A stretch of DNA of 64,000 nt from Chiloscyllium plagiosum (Eukaryota), in the NCBI RefSeq assembly GCF_004010195.1, contig NC_057751.1, positions 4,596,161 to 4,660,160 on the forward strand, written 5' to 3'. The notes beneath the pieces are model-generated. The model saw only the letters and a program-made list of their open reading frames with translations. It was not told the DNA's origin and ran no database searches. Made by a program: the position numbers and the translations under genes. How positions within the stretch are numbered: position 1 is the stretch's first letter; the number at the start of each line of letters is the position of its first letter. This document shows positions 49,392 through 62,958 of this stretch, one piece after another.

Positions 49392-49590
49392 GATGCCAGT
49401 GTTGGACTAGATTGGAGAAGATCAAAAATCACACTTCACCAGGTTACAGGTCAACGGGTTAATGTGTAAACAGTAGCTTTCAGAACACTGCTCCTGGTGA
49501 AACTGCAGGCATACATTGAGCATGATGCAGTGAGAACGTTGAGAACATCTGGTGGGAATTCACCTGGTATTGTGTGATTTTTGACCTTAT
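49392..49590. mobile_element. Degenerate Penelope-like inverted-repeat element (family of 62340-62460)
   Basis: aaaaatcacacttcaccagg ... cctggtattgtgtgattttt inverted pair. Confidence 0.65.
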
Positions 49591-51264
49591 TTAATTGATG
49601 TCTGACACTGATGGTGGCAGAAGTATCATGTGACTTGGACAGTGATGTTTTACACAGCCCATCCCCAAACATTCCTACAAATTTCCTACTTACCCCTGAC
49701 ATGTGTCGATTCCCCAAATTGCAATACGCTTCATTTTTAAACATTCAACACTGTCTTATTTATAAACTACAACAAACCCTTTCTCGAAATCTTATATTTG
49801 TTTGAATTCCAGGGGCAGAACAACTTCTTGGCATTTTTTAATTGGTCTCAAAAGATGCTTCCCAGGAAGCAGGTTTCCAGAGACATCCACAAGGTATTTA
49901 CTGGGATCTGCAATCTCCTCCATGGACCAGGTACAGTCTCACCTCAGGGATCCATACAGTTACTGCAAGTGGACAGTTGTATTCTTCACTTGACGCAGTA
50001 TCGCATGACATGCTCTGAAACAATCATTTCAGAGGTTGCTATCACGCCACCCTTCTAGATCCATTCTGCTGAGCACAGCACAGAAGGTCAGTGTCCTGCA
50101 GAGTCAGAGACACTGCCGGGGAATTGCAGGGATGGACGAGAGTCACACCTTTGCAGGGTAACTGTAACTTAAACCAGACCTTTCATTTCCAAAGTCACCA
50201 TAACTCTTCCACCAAGTTTTACATGCGTCTTAAATTGTCTTAACCTGACAACATATCCTGCTTGTCTTGCCTGAGAGCCTGATTGGAACCATATGTTCAC
50301 TTCTTTCACATCGATACAAACATGTAACTACTGTACTGTTGAGCTATTTCACTCATGAATTCCCACCAGATGTTCTCAACGTCCTCTCTGCATCATGCCC
50401 AATGTATGCCTGCGGCTTCGAAACATTTTCCTTCACTTGAGCTGGTAATACTCTTCTCTCAGTGCCATTCTGTTAACCGATTGTAATCAGTTCCATTGTA
50501 CAGACATGGCTGTGTCCTAGACCATTGTCACCAAGCCCTGTGGCTCCCAGTTGAGGTCAGCCTTGAGCACATGCTGTCTTCACTCAGCCACTCCCAGGGG
50601 AGCAGAGTCTTTATTTGCTTGGTTTCTTCTTCCTGCCATTAGCTCCAGGCCCTCCCTCTGCCTCTCAGCTACCTTCTGTGCTGAGAAGAAAACCCTTTAC
50701 AGAGACCATCTCCTTCCTCGGCCATTTGGTCCGCCCTCCTTACCCTCTCCCTCCAACCATGTCTTTACACTGGACAAACGGATACCTCACCAGGCAAGGT
50801 CAGACTTGGGACAGGGACTGCCAGCTCGTCACAAACAGAGCATGGGAACCAGGGGCTTGAAGAGGACACAGCGACCTGTCAGCCACAACCATGGGTAATA
50901 CCCTGCACCATCTAGCAGAAGGACCAAGATTTGACATTCTGTGTCTGCGCAGCACATCTCCTCAAATACAGAGTGAGGAGAGCAGAAAACGACTCACTTG
51001 AGAACAATGCGGAGGGAGGATGTGGTGTTCAAACAGTGAGGTGGCACACTTCCAGCTGATGGGAAAACCCTGCCTTATTCTGCCATAACTCAATGCAAGA
51101 AGGGACCAACACAGCTCGAGATACCAAATGAGACAGCACACGAAGATTATGCCAAATTATTTTGCCTTTTCAAAGGAAGGAACACCACTTTATATGTCTG
51201 CAAGAAGGTTGACTGATTTGATGCCCCAGTTTCAGAATACAACCCGATGGGAAAGGACACTCTC

Positions 51265-51506
51265 TGAAGTAACTCCACAGAGGCTGGTATCCCGTCACCA
51301 AGTCACCCTTTATTTATACATGGAGAGCTCCTAACACTGATCCATTTGCCCCAGAGCCAGCTCTCAGAGTGAGCAGAACCCTGACACTCCTGTCCGTACC
51401 TGTCAGTCAGGGCTCCCTGATTGGATCTGGTTAACAGTGACAATCTCTAATCAGGGAAGTCCGATTCTAGGCAGTCCACTTGGCTGATCTGGATCCAATC
51501 ACGACA
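51265..51506 (-). mobile_element. Solo LTR, same family as 31638-31866
   Basis: TG...CA termini; cccgtcaccaagtcaccctttattt motif; flanks tctc/tttc (3 of 4 match). Confidence 0.75.
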
Positions 51507-52499
51507 TTTCCCATCTCCCATTTACTTGAAGTAGCTCCTTGACTCAATACCTCTCCATCACTCCTGCATGTCTGACAGGGCCAGTGCTGTGAAAACAGAC
51601 AGCGAGGGCAATGTGTTCATCATTTCTCACTTGGCAACACTCCGCCAGCCCAGCCCCCTTTTTGAAACCGAGGTGCAATATTCAAAGCATCGACAGCAAC
51701 ATGTTGAAAGACCCTGTTGTGGTGACAAGTGTGGACAGCTCATTCCCACAATCACACAGCCCTCAGTAGGCCACTCAGCCTGTCAGGCCACGGCTAGTTC
51801 TCTCTGAGTTGGGCGAGTATTTCGGAAAAATGTTCAAATTGAGCTCACCATTACTGAATTCGGAACACACAACGGATAGTGATGCAAACTTACAGTGCTA
51901 CTGACTTGCACCTTGGAAAGCAGTCTTACTGATGGGAAGGTGCTCCTGAAATGCCTCCCGTGTTGCAACCATTCCTTCTCAGCAGCCCCAACTCCATGGC
52001 AGCTCCCATTCCCAGACAGGCACCGGTTCCTTCCTCTCCATATAACCCTCACATATTCCTGACTAGTTATCCTGTCTGAAAGATGAAAGACAACATTGAC
52101 CTTTCAACAGAAACAGCTTTTGGAAGTGTGCAAAGGCACTATGCCCGCAATCTGAGCTGACATGTTCCTTTACAACCTGCTTTTAAGTTGGACCAGGACT
52201 GTCCAAAGCTGCAGGATTGGAATCTCCCTCAGACATTTGGACGCCCCCACTGCTCCCCCCCACCCAAGTGTCAATCTCAAGCTGACAATAAACAATAAAC
52301 TGGGTGCTGTTTCTTCCAAACATTACCTGATTAAAAATACAAAGAGTAGATTAGGAGCTCTACTGCACGCAGACATGTTACCCATGGAAGGGACATTTCC
52401 ATCGTGGTCAAATGTCACCTTGTGAATCCTGCCAAAGTCCTGATGGCAGGAGATAGGAGGGGCAGAGCCTCCGGTCAGACATCCTGCAGAAGTTAGTGG

Positions 52500-54778
52500 C
52501 AAATTCAGGAAAATTTATCATGGAGAACACAGAAATAGCTGACCAACCAAAAAAATACTTTCATTGTTTTGTGTTCACAAAGGAAGACACAAATAACAGC
52601 AGAAATGTTGGGGAACACAGGATTTAGTGAGAGGGAGGAACTAAAGGAAATTCAGGATTTGTAGGGAAATGGAATTTGGAGAATTTGATGGATGGGGTGA
52701 TTGGGACCAGGTGGACCTCATTAACTATGAGATCCTTGTTTGGGCAAGCCCTGACTAACAGATATAAACAGGGGATTTAGAATCTCCTGCGTTCAGGGGA
52801 CTGACTCTGAACTAGCTGGCCACAGCCAGTGTACTAATGCATTAGTAGAATAAAGGGTGACTCGGTGACAGGACGTGGCCTCTGTGTTGTTGTTTCAGTG
52901 TTGGCCTCAGACCAGGCCTTCGGGTGTAGGCCAAAAGCTTTGTGTGTGATGTTATGTGAACTGAGGCTTCATTTTTACTTTTAGAAAAAAGCAAACTGAA
53001 ACAAGCTTTTTTGTGAACGAGTGTAATGATTTGGACAGTCAAATGCACAAGGTCTGATTTTTCTCTGTATAACTTGAATTGTAATAACTCGATTGTAAAC
53101 TAGTTGTTCAAGGTTTTCTTTGATCTTATTTTGTCAATGCGAATTTTAAAATAGGCATTGGCTGGCCACAGTCAGTGTACTGCACACACAAAAATAAAGG
53201 GTGGCTTGGTGATAGGATACTGGCCTCTCTGCAGTTGGATTCAAGGAAGATAAATCCCCAGGGCCTGAGAAATCTGCACACCAGAATACTTAATAAGGTG
53301 GCCCTGGAAATAGTGGTCACTGTCCTAGATTCCATTGACTGTGGAATCAGTTGCTAAGGATTGGAGGGCCGCTAACGTAACCCCTCGATTTAAACAGGAG
53401 GCAGAGAGAAAACTGGGAATTATTGACCAACAGCCTGACATCAGTAATGTGAAGAACCCTTGACTCCATTATAAAATACTTAATAGCTGAGCATTTGGAA
53501 AACAGTGGCTGAATCGGACACAGTAAACACAGATTTATGAAGGGGGAATCCACTGGAACTCTTTGAAGACGTGACTCACAGAGTTGATGAGGGCGAGTCT
53601 GTGGATGTGGTTCATTTGGACTTTCATAAGGCTTTTGACAAAGTCCCACATTAGAGATTAGTGCATAAAATTAAAGCATATGGGATTGGGGACAGAGTAT
53701 AGAGATGGATTCAAAACTGGTTGGCAAACAGGAAGCAAAGACTAGGAATAAATGGGTCCTGTTGCAAGCGGCAAGCAGTGAATACAAGGGTATTGCAGTG
53801 ATCAGTACTTGGACCCCAGCTGTTCACAATATTCATTCATGATTTAGGTGAGGGAACTAAATGTACTACCCCAGAATTTGCAGATGACACAGAGCTGGGT
53901 GGTTGGGAAAACTGTGAGGGGGATGCAGCGATATCGCAATGTGATTTGTACAGACTGAGTGAATGGGCAAATGCATAGCAGATGCAGCATAATGTGGATA
54001 AGTATCAGGTGATTTATTTTGGCACCAAAAGTAGGAAGACAGATGATGATTTGAATGGCTGTAAATTGAGACAGGAAAATGTTCAGTGAGACCTGGGAGT
54101 CCTCATGTACCACCCACTAAGTGCTCAGGCACAGCAGGCAGTAAAGGTGGCAAACTCTGTGCTGATCTTCACAGTGAGAGGATTGGAATTCAGGGATAAG
54201 GATTTCTTGTTGGATTTATACAGGGCGGTGGGAAGGCCACACCTGGAATGCTGTGTGCAGTTCTGGTCTCCTTATCTGAGGGAGGATGTCGATGGAGTGC
54301 AATGAAGGTTTCCCAGATGGATTCCTGGGATGCCAGGGCTGACCAATAAAGGCAGGGTCAATTAGTTTGGAATATATTCACGAAGGAGGAGCTATCTCAT
54401 CCAAACCAAAAATATTCTACCAGGATGAGACAGGGTAAATGCAGGAAGGATGTTCCGGATGCACGGGAATCCAGAATCAAGGGTCATAGTCTCAGGATAT
54501 GGGGTCAACCCATATGGGACTGAGATGAGGAGAAAAGTATTCACCCAGAGTGTGGGGAGCCTGTGGAATTTACTGCCAGTCAAGGCCAATACACAATGAT
54601 TTCAAGAAGGAGTTGGAGAGAGCACTTGGGGCTAAAGGAATTAAAGGATATGGAGGAAAAGCAGGAACAGGGTACTAAGCTCGATGATCACCCACAATCA
54701 CTCTGATCGGAGGAGCATGCTCAAAGGCCCAAATGGCCTACTCCTGCTCCTACTTTCTGAGTTTCTGTGTTCCTATGT
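52500..54778 (+). mobile_element. Long degenerate CR1 LINE (RT domain to 3'UTR)
   Basis: DVVHLDFHKAFDKVPH, FADDT, RPHLECCVQFWSP remnants with stops and frameshifts; interrupted by LTR sequence. Confidence 0.9.
52695..53243 (+). mobile_element. Deleted LTR retroelement remnant nested in CR1
   Basis: Two direct copies of gctggccacag(c/t)cagtgtact...aataaagggtg..ggtga around a short AT-rich internal segment. Confidence 0.65.
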
Positions 54779-55209
54779 TAACCACTTCAGTACCTTGTCC
54801 ATAGTATGGACAAATCCAACCCTGGAAAATAAGGACAAGAGAAATGACAGACAGAAGAGAATTGATTAACCTGCTGGTATCATGAAGAAGGTGATGTTCG
54901 CCATGGAGAAGTCTGAATCTACAGCCTGACTGGACTGTGTTGAGGGAAACTTCCACCTTGTGAAAGAGAAGAAACAGGAAATGAAATGCAGCCAAATCAA
55001 ACCTTGTAAGTCTTGCGAAAACTTCATAGCAACAAATAAACATGACATTGCATCAAAGGTGGTCTGAAGAAGCTGGTGCACCTCTGACGTCACATTGTCT
55101 GACCTATAACATGCAGTTACAGAGTCCTGACAACATAGTTCTCAGCCAGAAGCGGAACAGAATGGCATTCAGAGCAATGAGAAGTCATCTCATGGACAAC
55201 TCCGAGAGG

Positions 55210-55510
55210 GCACAGAAACAGATGGAGAAACTCAGTAGGTCTGGCAGCATCTGTGGAGAGAGAGAGAGAGAGAGAGACCAGAGCTAAGTTTTTGAATCTG
55301 ATGACCTTTCTTTAGAACAGAAGTATTTTATTTGAACTCTGGACTGGGCTGACATTTAGCTGGTGATGCTAGAAAATGCCTGGTGGCTGGACAGTTCATG
55401 TTTTGAGTCGGTGACCCTCGATGAAGGGTCTGCTTCATTCGGTTTCTCTCTCCACAGATGCTGCCAGACTTGCTGAGTTTCTCCAGCACACTCTGTTTTA
55501 TTTTCAGAAT
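55210..55510. mobile_element. Degenerate Penelope-like inverted-repeat element (related: 34150-34290, 56370-56550, 56840-56935, 60125-60270)
   Basis: ggagaaactcagtaggtctggcagcatctgtggagag is inverted relative to ctctccacagatgctgccagacttgctgagtttctcc. Confidence 0.7.
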
Positions 55511-58500
55511 GAATGAATACATTCTTGATGCCATCGACAACTCAGGTCCCTGGGGATTCCCGAATCAAAACTAATCCTAACCATCAACTGCAATGTGTTG
55601 TCGAGGGGAGTGGACTCTTGTGAAAAATGGAACAAGGAAGGTTGAAATTGATAGAGCTCTTATCTTGACCGGGGGACACCTTCAAGGCTCTCACTGCCCC
55701 TGTTTAAGGATAGTCGTTCCGTCGAATTGGGTAAGGAGGTGGGAGGGGTGATTTAAGAGAATCAAAGCCAACGAGGCTACATGTCGAAATTAAACAGGAT
55801 GGCATGGTAGGCTCAGAGACTGAGGGATTCTAGCTTCAATCTCCAGATGACATTCTCAGCTTTCCTCCTCTGCTGTTTGGAGCTGGCCTGCTCTCTGCTC
55901 TCTGTTTGTGTGTCGCTCAGGGGAAAGCCAGTCTTGGCCACACCAGGCCTTCCCCTGACGTTGTGCTGAGCTCAGGAAACGCACAGCCCCTCAGTCTGGC
56001 TCCAACTGAGTTGCGAGGTTCTTGGAGTCAGCCACAGAGAATCAATGAAATCGCAATGTTCAAAATAAAATCCCATGACCCCTGGTTCTTGGGCAAACAG
56101 GAACCAGTTGGCTGTTACGTCGGACCCAGAAAGCCTGGAGAGAAAGCCAATGACAACTGACCTTTCTCACGTCCCCCAGCGACCGGAGAGAAAGCGGCAA
56201 TGTTCCAATCGACTGACCCAGAGGAGCATCATAGTGGCAGTCACCCAGCTCAGACATTCCTCAGCGGGGTTACAGTAAAAACAGGAGGCTGGTACATCCA
56301 CCAAAAACATTGCATGTGCTGCAAAGCTGAAAGAGAAGAGGAACAAGGTACAAGAAGGCAAGAAGATATACTTAATGTTTCGGATCCAGTGACCCTTCTT
56401 CAGAAGCCTACTGGTGAAAGGTCATTGCACCCGAAACGCTTTCTGTCCACAGGCACTGAGAGACTTGCTGAGTCTTTCCAACAATTTCTGGTTTTGTTTC
56501 TGATTTCTGCTTTTTGTTTCTGATTTCCAGCACACGCAGTTCTTTCGGTTTTCACTTGAATAAGATACTCTTGTTATGCTGCTCGAGGACATGGACAGAA
56601 TTTGCTGAAACAGGGAAAACATAGTTTTGGGTGAAATAGCATCACCCCATACTTGATCTCACATCAGCCTCACCCCCAGCATTATTTTACACTGAACAGC
56701 TGTGGGAAGACAGGGCTTCAGCATGAAGAGGAGGTAGGAGCGGGAGATGGGAAGGCAAGGAAGAAGAGGGTGATGGGATGTGGTGAGGTGGGAAAGAGGA
56801 TAAGGTGATAGGAGGTCCTGATGCAGCAAGGGTTTGGACCAAAACAGAAATTGCTGTAAAAGCTCAGCAGGTCGGGCAGCAACTGTGGAGAGAAATCAGA
56901 GTTAATGTTTCAGGTGCAGTGACCCTTCCTCAGAACCAGAATGGTTCGGACCAATTTGGTCCACATTGAATTCTGAAGCAATGTATGATATTTATATGCA
57001 TCAATTTTACAAAGGAGCCATTCAGCCCAACAGCTTGTGATTGCCCTCTACTGTAGCCTTCTCTCACCCCAACTTCAAGCAATGCTGAGCAACAACAACA
57101 ACAACACTTGTCATTTGTCTAGTCTCTTTCCTGTAATAAGAGAGCTCTCTCTGCGCTGTGATCTGCAAGCTGTGTTTTGCCTGGAGAAGTAGCAAGAGGA
57201 AGTTGCTTTGCTCCAGCTCAAATCAATGCCAAGCCAAACCCTAACCAGCTGTTGGGTCATTTGGCCGGTTTCAATTTTCCATGGTGTATTTTCGTGGTTT
57301 GATTTGTTACACACAATCAAAGCTCTTTGCGATATTTCTCAATTCTGAGAGATCTTCTGAGGTGAAGCAAAATCAAAGTGTCTTCACTGAAACCACAGAA
57401 CAAAGGAATGACACTTAGGAATGCTCCACGCGAACACCCTTTGAAGTTCTCACACGGGATGTTTGTCCCACTTTCTGCAGCACTGGGTGAGATTGCTGTC
57501 AGCTATGTCTTCGCATGCAGACACAGAAAACTCAAAATGTCAGCACTCACGGTTAAAACAAAACCATGCAGTGGTATCAGCCAGGGTTTGGGTCATTGTG
57601 AAAGCAAGGTCATTGATTCTCCTTTCCTGGCGCGTGGCAGGAGCTGTTGGGCACAGCATTTCTCACTCATCCTAACTGCCCTGGAGAAAGTGGCAAGCCA
57701 ACTTCTGGAATCCTGGCCTTCAGGATCGGTTCACGCCATTGGTGGCACCTTTGATCCAATCATCAGCTTCCCAACATATCCATGCCATCTCAGAGAGCCC
57801 TGTGTTCAGCTCTCCATCATCGCCCGACCTCAGCCACATTTCAGTCCGTCTGCTGCTCAATCCCCCATCCAGGCCTCTGTTACCCTCCAACACACTGTCC
57901 CCCTTCACCCCCCCACTCCCAACAACACCTCACACCCATACCTCACCTCTCCCACAACCCTCTCGCACATTCTGGCTCCCACAGATGGCAGATCAGCTAA
58001 AGCTCTGCTCTCTGTAATCCATTCCCCCCCCCTGCACAGTGCCTCCATCGGCCCCNNNNNNNNNNNNNNNNNNNNNNNNNNNNNNNNNNNNNNNNNNNNN
58101 NNNNNNNNNNNNNNNNNNNNNNNNNNNNNNNNNNNNNNNNNNNNNNNNNNNNNNNNNNNNNNNNNNNNNNNNNNNNNNNNNNNNNNNNNNNNNNNNNNNN
58201 NNNNNNNNNNNNNNNNNNNNNNNNNNNNNNNNNNNNNNNNNNNNNNNNNNNNNNNNNNNNNNNNNNNNNNNNNNNNNNNNNNNNNNNNNNNNNNNNNNNN
58301 NNNNNNNNNNNNNNNNNNNNNNNNNNNNNNNNNNNNNNNNNNNNNCGACTGACCCTGGGCTCCAGCTCAAACACACACTTCCATTTCAAATTGTCATCCT
58401 CTTTCCAAATCTCGGCTCCCTATCTCTGTAAGCTCTTCCAGTCCCTACAGCCTTCCCTATCTCTGTAACCTCCTCCAACTCCTGCATCCTCTGTTTCCAT

Positions 58501-58959
58501 CAAAGGCACACTGTGCTTGATCTGGGGAGCAGGCATTGGGCACAGTCTTCCCACTGGAAGCTAACCCCCTGACCTCGTTTTCACTCCTTCATGCTGCTCC
58601 CGATCTCAGAAATTCATTTTAAGCCGGATTACCCTTACCCCAAGCCTTCATCAGCTGCAAATGAACACTTCCAACACAGCAGTGGCCCCAGGGATGACCC
58701 AGAGAAAAGCTGCCATCTATTTTGCCCCAGACACATTGCATATGGGGGTCAAAGAATTATCCTTCCTCGAAGGATACTGCTCAACTGGTTAAATACACCG
58801 AGGTATGCAATGATTAACATAGTCAAGGCTTTCTGTTATTTCAACCTTCACACTCGACAATACGGCAACCTTGAATTTATCTGGCTTGAACAAAAGGATT
58901 TTTGCAGAAAATATGCTTTTCTGGATGGCAGTATGGAAAAAGAAAAGATTACTCTCTCA

Positions 58960-59226
58960 TACACACAAACACACGCAAACACACACAAACACAAGCACAC
59001 GCACACACAGACACAGACACACAAAGATCCACATAAATAAAGACACATAAATATACACACATACAGGCAAACATACACAAACTCATACACACACAGACAC
59101 ACAGACAAACATTCATACACACTCACACAAACACACAAAAATTCACAGACACACACACACAGATACACACAGGCACAGATACATACATAGACACACATAT
59201 GTACACAGACACACGCGAGCACACAC
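58960..59226. repeat. Degenerate (CA)n microsatellite
   Basis: Directly visible. Confidence 0.92.
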
Positions 59227-62200
59227 TTCATTCGGACTCTCAGAGCTGTGGTTCTTACAGCCCCAGCACTAATTCACTGAGTCATGCAAACTGGATAACT
59301 GTGGCTGGCCAACAAGAATCTTGAAATGTTGTGCATTCCATGCACAGTTGTATGGTCATCGGCATACCAGGGGACACATGTCTGCGTGCAGAGACAGACA
59401 GATGAGGGCTGGCTGAGGGAATGGTGACACATGTCGTGAGGAGATGAGAATGAGGAGGCACGGCGAGGAGGCAGGGACAGGGAGTGTAAGCCCAGAGGCA
59501 GGAGTGTGTCCAAAGGGACAGGACAGAGGTCACGTGCCCAAGGGGACCACAGGCAGAAATAGAGAGGGAGTGCCATCTTTGAGTGAGAGCACAGGGGAAT
59601 GAGAGAACACAGTGTTAGCTTGAGGCCGTGTATATGAGGCAAATAGGAGCCAGAGTGTCTGCAAGTGGCTGGGCCAGCAAGTGAGCTCTGGAAAGGTAGG
59701 GATTACAAGGGTTGTGGAAGAAAACAGCGTGCGTGGTCGAGGCAATGAAGGAGAACAATACAAGGGAGAAAAGGGCATGATGGAAAAAGCGAGTAAGCAA
59801 AAGATTGCACAGGAGAGAGCGTGCCGAGAGTCTGAGATTGGCACTGAGCAAGGGATATACGTGCAGACCAAGACTCAACCAAGAATTCAGGCAGAATGCC
59901 AACGATCATCTGGTTCAAATATCAACTGATGGAATAAAACAGAAAAGCGAGATCATGACAAGTGCAGGCTGAAAAATAATCCACGTCATTTCATTCCAAG
60001 GAGGAGAAGAGTAGCTGGGATGAAATACCAGATTGCACACAATCTCAATGATTTTCTCACGGTCTTGTCAAGATTCAAATAAAACAAACTCTTCAACTCC
60101 TCTGTTTTGGAGGTTTCTGCAAAATAAAAGTACTGTGGATGCTGGGGAGAGATGTGAAATACAAACGTGAAAACGCTGGAGGAAACCAGCTGAGCCGCAG
60201 GAACTGCGGGGAGAGAGAGAGAGAGAGAGATAAAATGTTTCCTGTCCTCACTGACTCTTCTTCAGAACTCAACTCTTCAAAAGAGTTGTGTTTTTACTCA
60301 AAGGGTTTCGACAAGGCAATATCAAGGATGGCACTCCCTGCTGCTTTCCAGGCTTCCTGCCATTGGGAACCTTCCAAAGATGGATCTGGTCAGTCCCACC
60401 AAATGGACAGTGGCAGAAGACTCAGGGTAATGTCATTTTGACACAAACTTTGATGGCAACAAGGTTTCAGCTGGGCTTGCCACTGCCCTTGCAGTGTGCT
60501 CCAGGGTAATATGTAGCAAGACATGGAGAGTTTACAAGACAGAATGCATTGGGGATGCTGAGCAAAAGAAGATAAGGAAACATCCGCCCCAAACTGTTGT
60601 TGATGTCGGTCATTTTCAGAGAGAGAGAAAAGTGCACAGACAAGAAATATTAAAAGAATGGAATGTGATTGGATGGCACATTGGTCCAGATTGGAATGGG
60701 CTAAATGGCCTGAAACTGTGCACTTATCTTCCATCATCTTATGCTATGATGGAGGGAGGGATGGGGAGAGCAGAAATCCCTTACTTTCTTGTTAGCAGGA
60801 GATTAAAAATGAATTTTATCAATGTTTACTCATTAACCTTTCCACATCTGTTATGACGCACCTCTGGAGCAGGTGGGACTTGAATTCGAGCTTCTTGCCT
60901 CAGAGGTATGGACACTGCTACCACACAACATCATTCTAGATAGCAGCAATAGTCACATCTCATCTTGTTTATCTTCATTCTGTCAGAGGATGTCGGCTGT
61001 CTAGCAATCGTTCCCCTACCCCGAATTGAACTGAGGCCATTTCAGATGGTGGTTCAGAGTCAACCACATTTGCTGTGGGTCTGGAGTCACATGTAGGCTA
61101 GACCAGGTCAGCACAGCAGATGTTCTTCCCTAAGTACATTTGCAAACCAGTTGGGCTTTTATGACAATCAGTCTGCTTTTACAGACATCACGACGGACAC
61201 TAGATTCCAGATCCAGATATTCTGAATTGAATTTAGATTCTCCCAGCTGTCATAGTGGGATTTCAACCCATGTCCCCTGTGTGTCTCAGGCTTGCTTCTC
61301 CAGTTACACCACCAACTCCTCTTCCTCATATCATCTTCAAACCTTGCATTCTCAGAGCAGCGCATTGGGAGGCTGGGGAGTCACCTTGATGTGAATCACA
61401 TTCTCACAGTGGACCCATCGTGTTATTCAAAGGCTCACCCATTTTTTCAACTGAGAGCACTGAACCGGGAACACAGATGCCCAAATATGGAAGACCTTGG
61501 CTTGGAGAAAACTGGGCAATGTTTCACAAACAGACTGTCAAACCTTATCTTCTCACAAATGATAATGGAGTAAGGAGTGCTTTAAGTAGGTCCCCAATTC
61601 TGCATGACTGAGTGCATCAGAGCAGTGGTTTAACATGTCATGATCAATTGAAATTTCCTAATCCAATTTTCTGCCAGCTTTTAAGGGGGATCACAGTTGG
61701 CCAGCAGGCTGATAATGTAATTAACCCATTCTGATAATCGGATAAATCTTGAAAGCAAAGCCCAGAGATTGAATTATACTCTTGGACCCGATGTCTGCTC
61801 TTTGTTGTCCTTTGTGATATATGTTTCAGTTAGTGATTTTGTTTTTAATGATTCCAACTGATATCCTGAGTGCAGCCAAGATAACATCGCACAAGAGAAA
61901 GGCAACACGGAGATGTGTAAGATACGATGTCATTTCATAAGCAAGGTGAAATGCAGGACAGGGACGGGACTGAAATCTCGCTTCCACTCCCCTGTCTTTA
62001 ACAACAGGAGGATTTAAATCCCAGAGCCTTATCCTTCAGCACACTTCCACAATCAAAACACAAGGTATGATTTCAGAAACACCTTTTACAAGGCGCAATT
62101 TGACCAGCCACCTCTGCTATCTCCTTCTTCAATTCATTTCTTTGGAAGCATCTTGTGATGAGTGTGTGTTGCTGCTATGACAGATCAGAACTGTCCTCCT

Positions 62201-62334
62201 TTCAGTTTCAAAATATGCTTTTCTAAAAAGAAAATGGTGACAGCCACAGGTGAGAACAGTGCAGATGTTAGTTCAGGGATGGGCAAAGTCCTGTGTGCAA
62301 CCCATGGAATATCGCACCTGGAAGGAGTCAAAAT

Positions 62335-62590
62335 TTGGAGATGCCAGTGTTGGACTTGGGTGGACAAAATTAAAAATCCCACAACACCAGGTTACAGTCC
62401 AACAGATTTATTTGGAAGCACTAACTTTCGGAGCGCCACTCCTTCATCAGGTGGTTGTAGACTATTAAGTTGGAGGGCACAGAATTTATAGCAAAAGTTT
62501 ATAGTGTGATGTAACTGAAATGATATATTGAAAACGATCTGGATTGTTTGTTTAATCTCTCATCTTTTAGAATGGGCATGGTGGTTTCAT
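62335..62590 (-). mobile_element. Penelope-like pseudo-LTR with hammerhead-like motif
   Basis: Minus strand cacctgatgaaggagtggcgctccgaaagttagtg (62419-62453) followed by aaataaatctgttggac...ctggtgttgtg. Confidence 0.75.
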
Positions 62591-62738
62591 TCTCTTTAAA
62601 TAAGGACAGACAAGTTATGCTGCAGCTTTATAGAATTTTAGTTGGGCTACACTTAGAAAATTGCATACAGTCCTGGTCACCACACTACCAGAAGGATAAG
62701 ATTCCTTGCAGTGTGGAAACAGGTCCTTTGACCAAACA

Positions 62739-62958
62739 AGAGCTTAAAAATGTGTTGCTGGAAAAGCGCAGCAGGTCAGGCAGCATCAAAGGAGAAGGAG
62801 AATCGACATTTCGGGCATAAGCCCTTCTTCAGGAATGATTCCTGAAGAAGGGTTTATGCCCGAAACGTCGATTCTCCTTCTCCTTTGATGCTGCCTGACC
62901 AGCTGCGCTTTTCCAGCAACACATTTTTAAGCTCTGATCTCCAGCCCTCACCTTCTCC
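62739..62958. mobile_element. Penelope-like-derived palindromic insertion with 17 bp TSD, inside a SINE tail
   Basis: 98 bp arms 62739-62836 / 62838-62935 with 3 mismatches; tcctttgaccaaacaag at 62724-62740 and 62956-62972. Confidence 0.88.

Noticed and set aside
47178..56259. Exon-like segments on the minus strand (56162-56259, 54871-54956, 50998-51069, 47178-47587)
   Set aside because: Some good splice signals, but the joined frame stops early and no protein family is recognisable; a lncRNA cannot be supported without RNA data.
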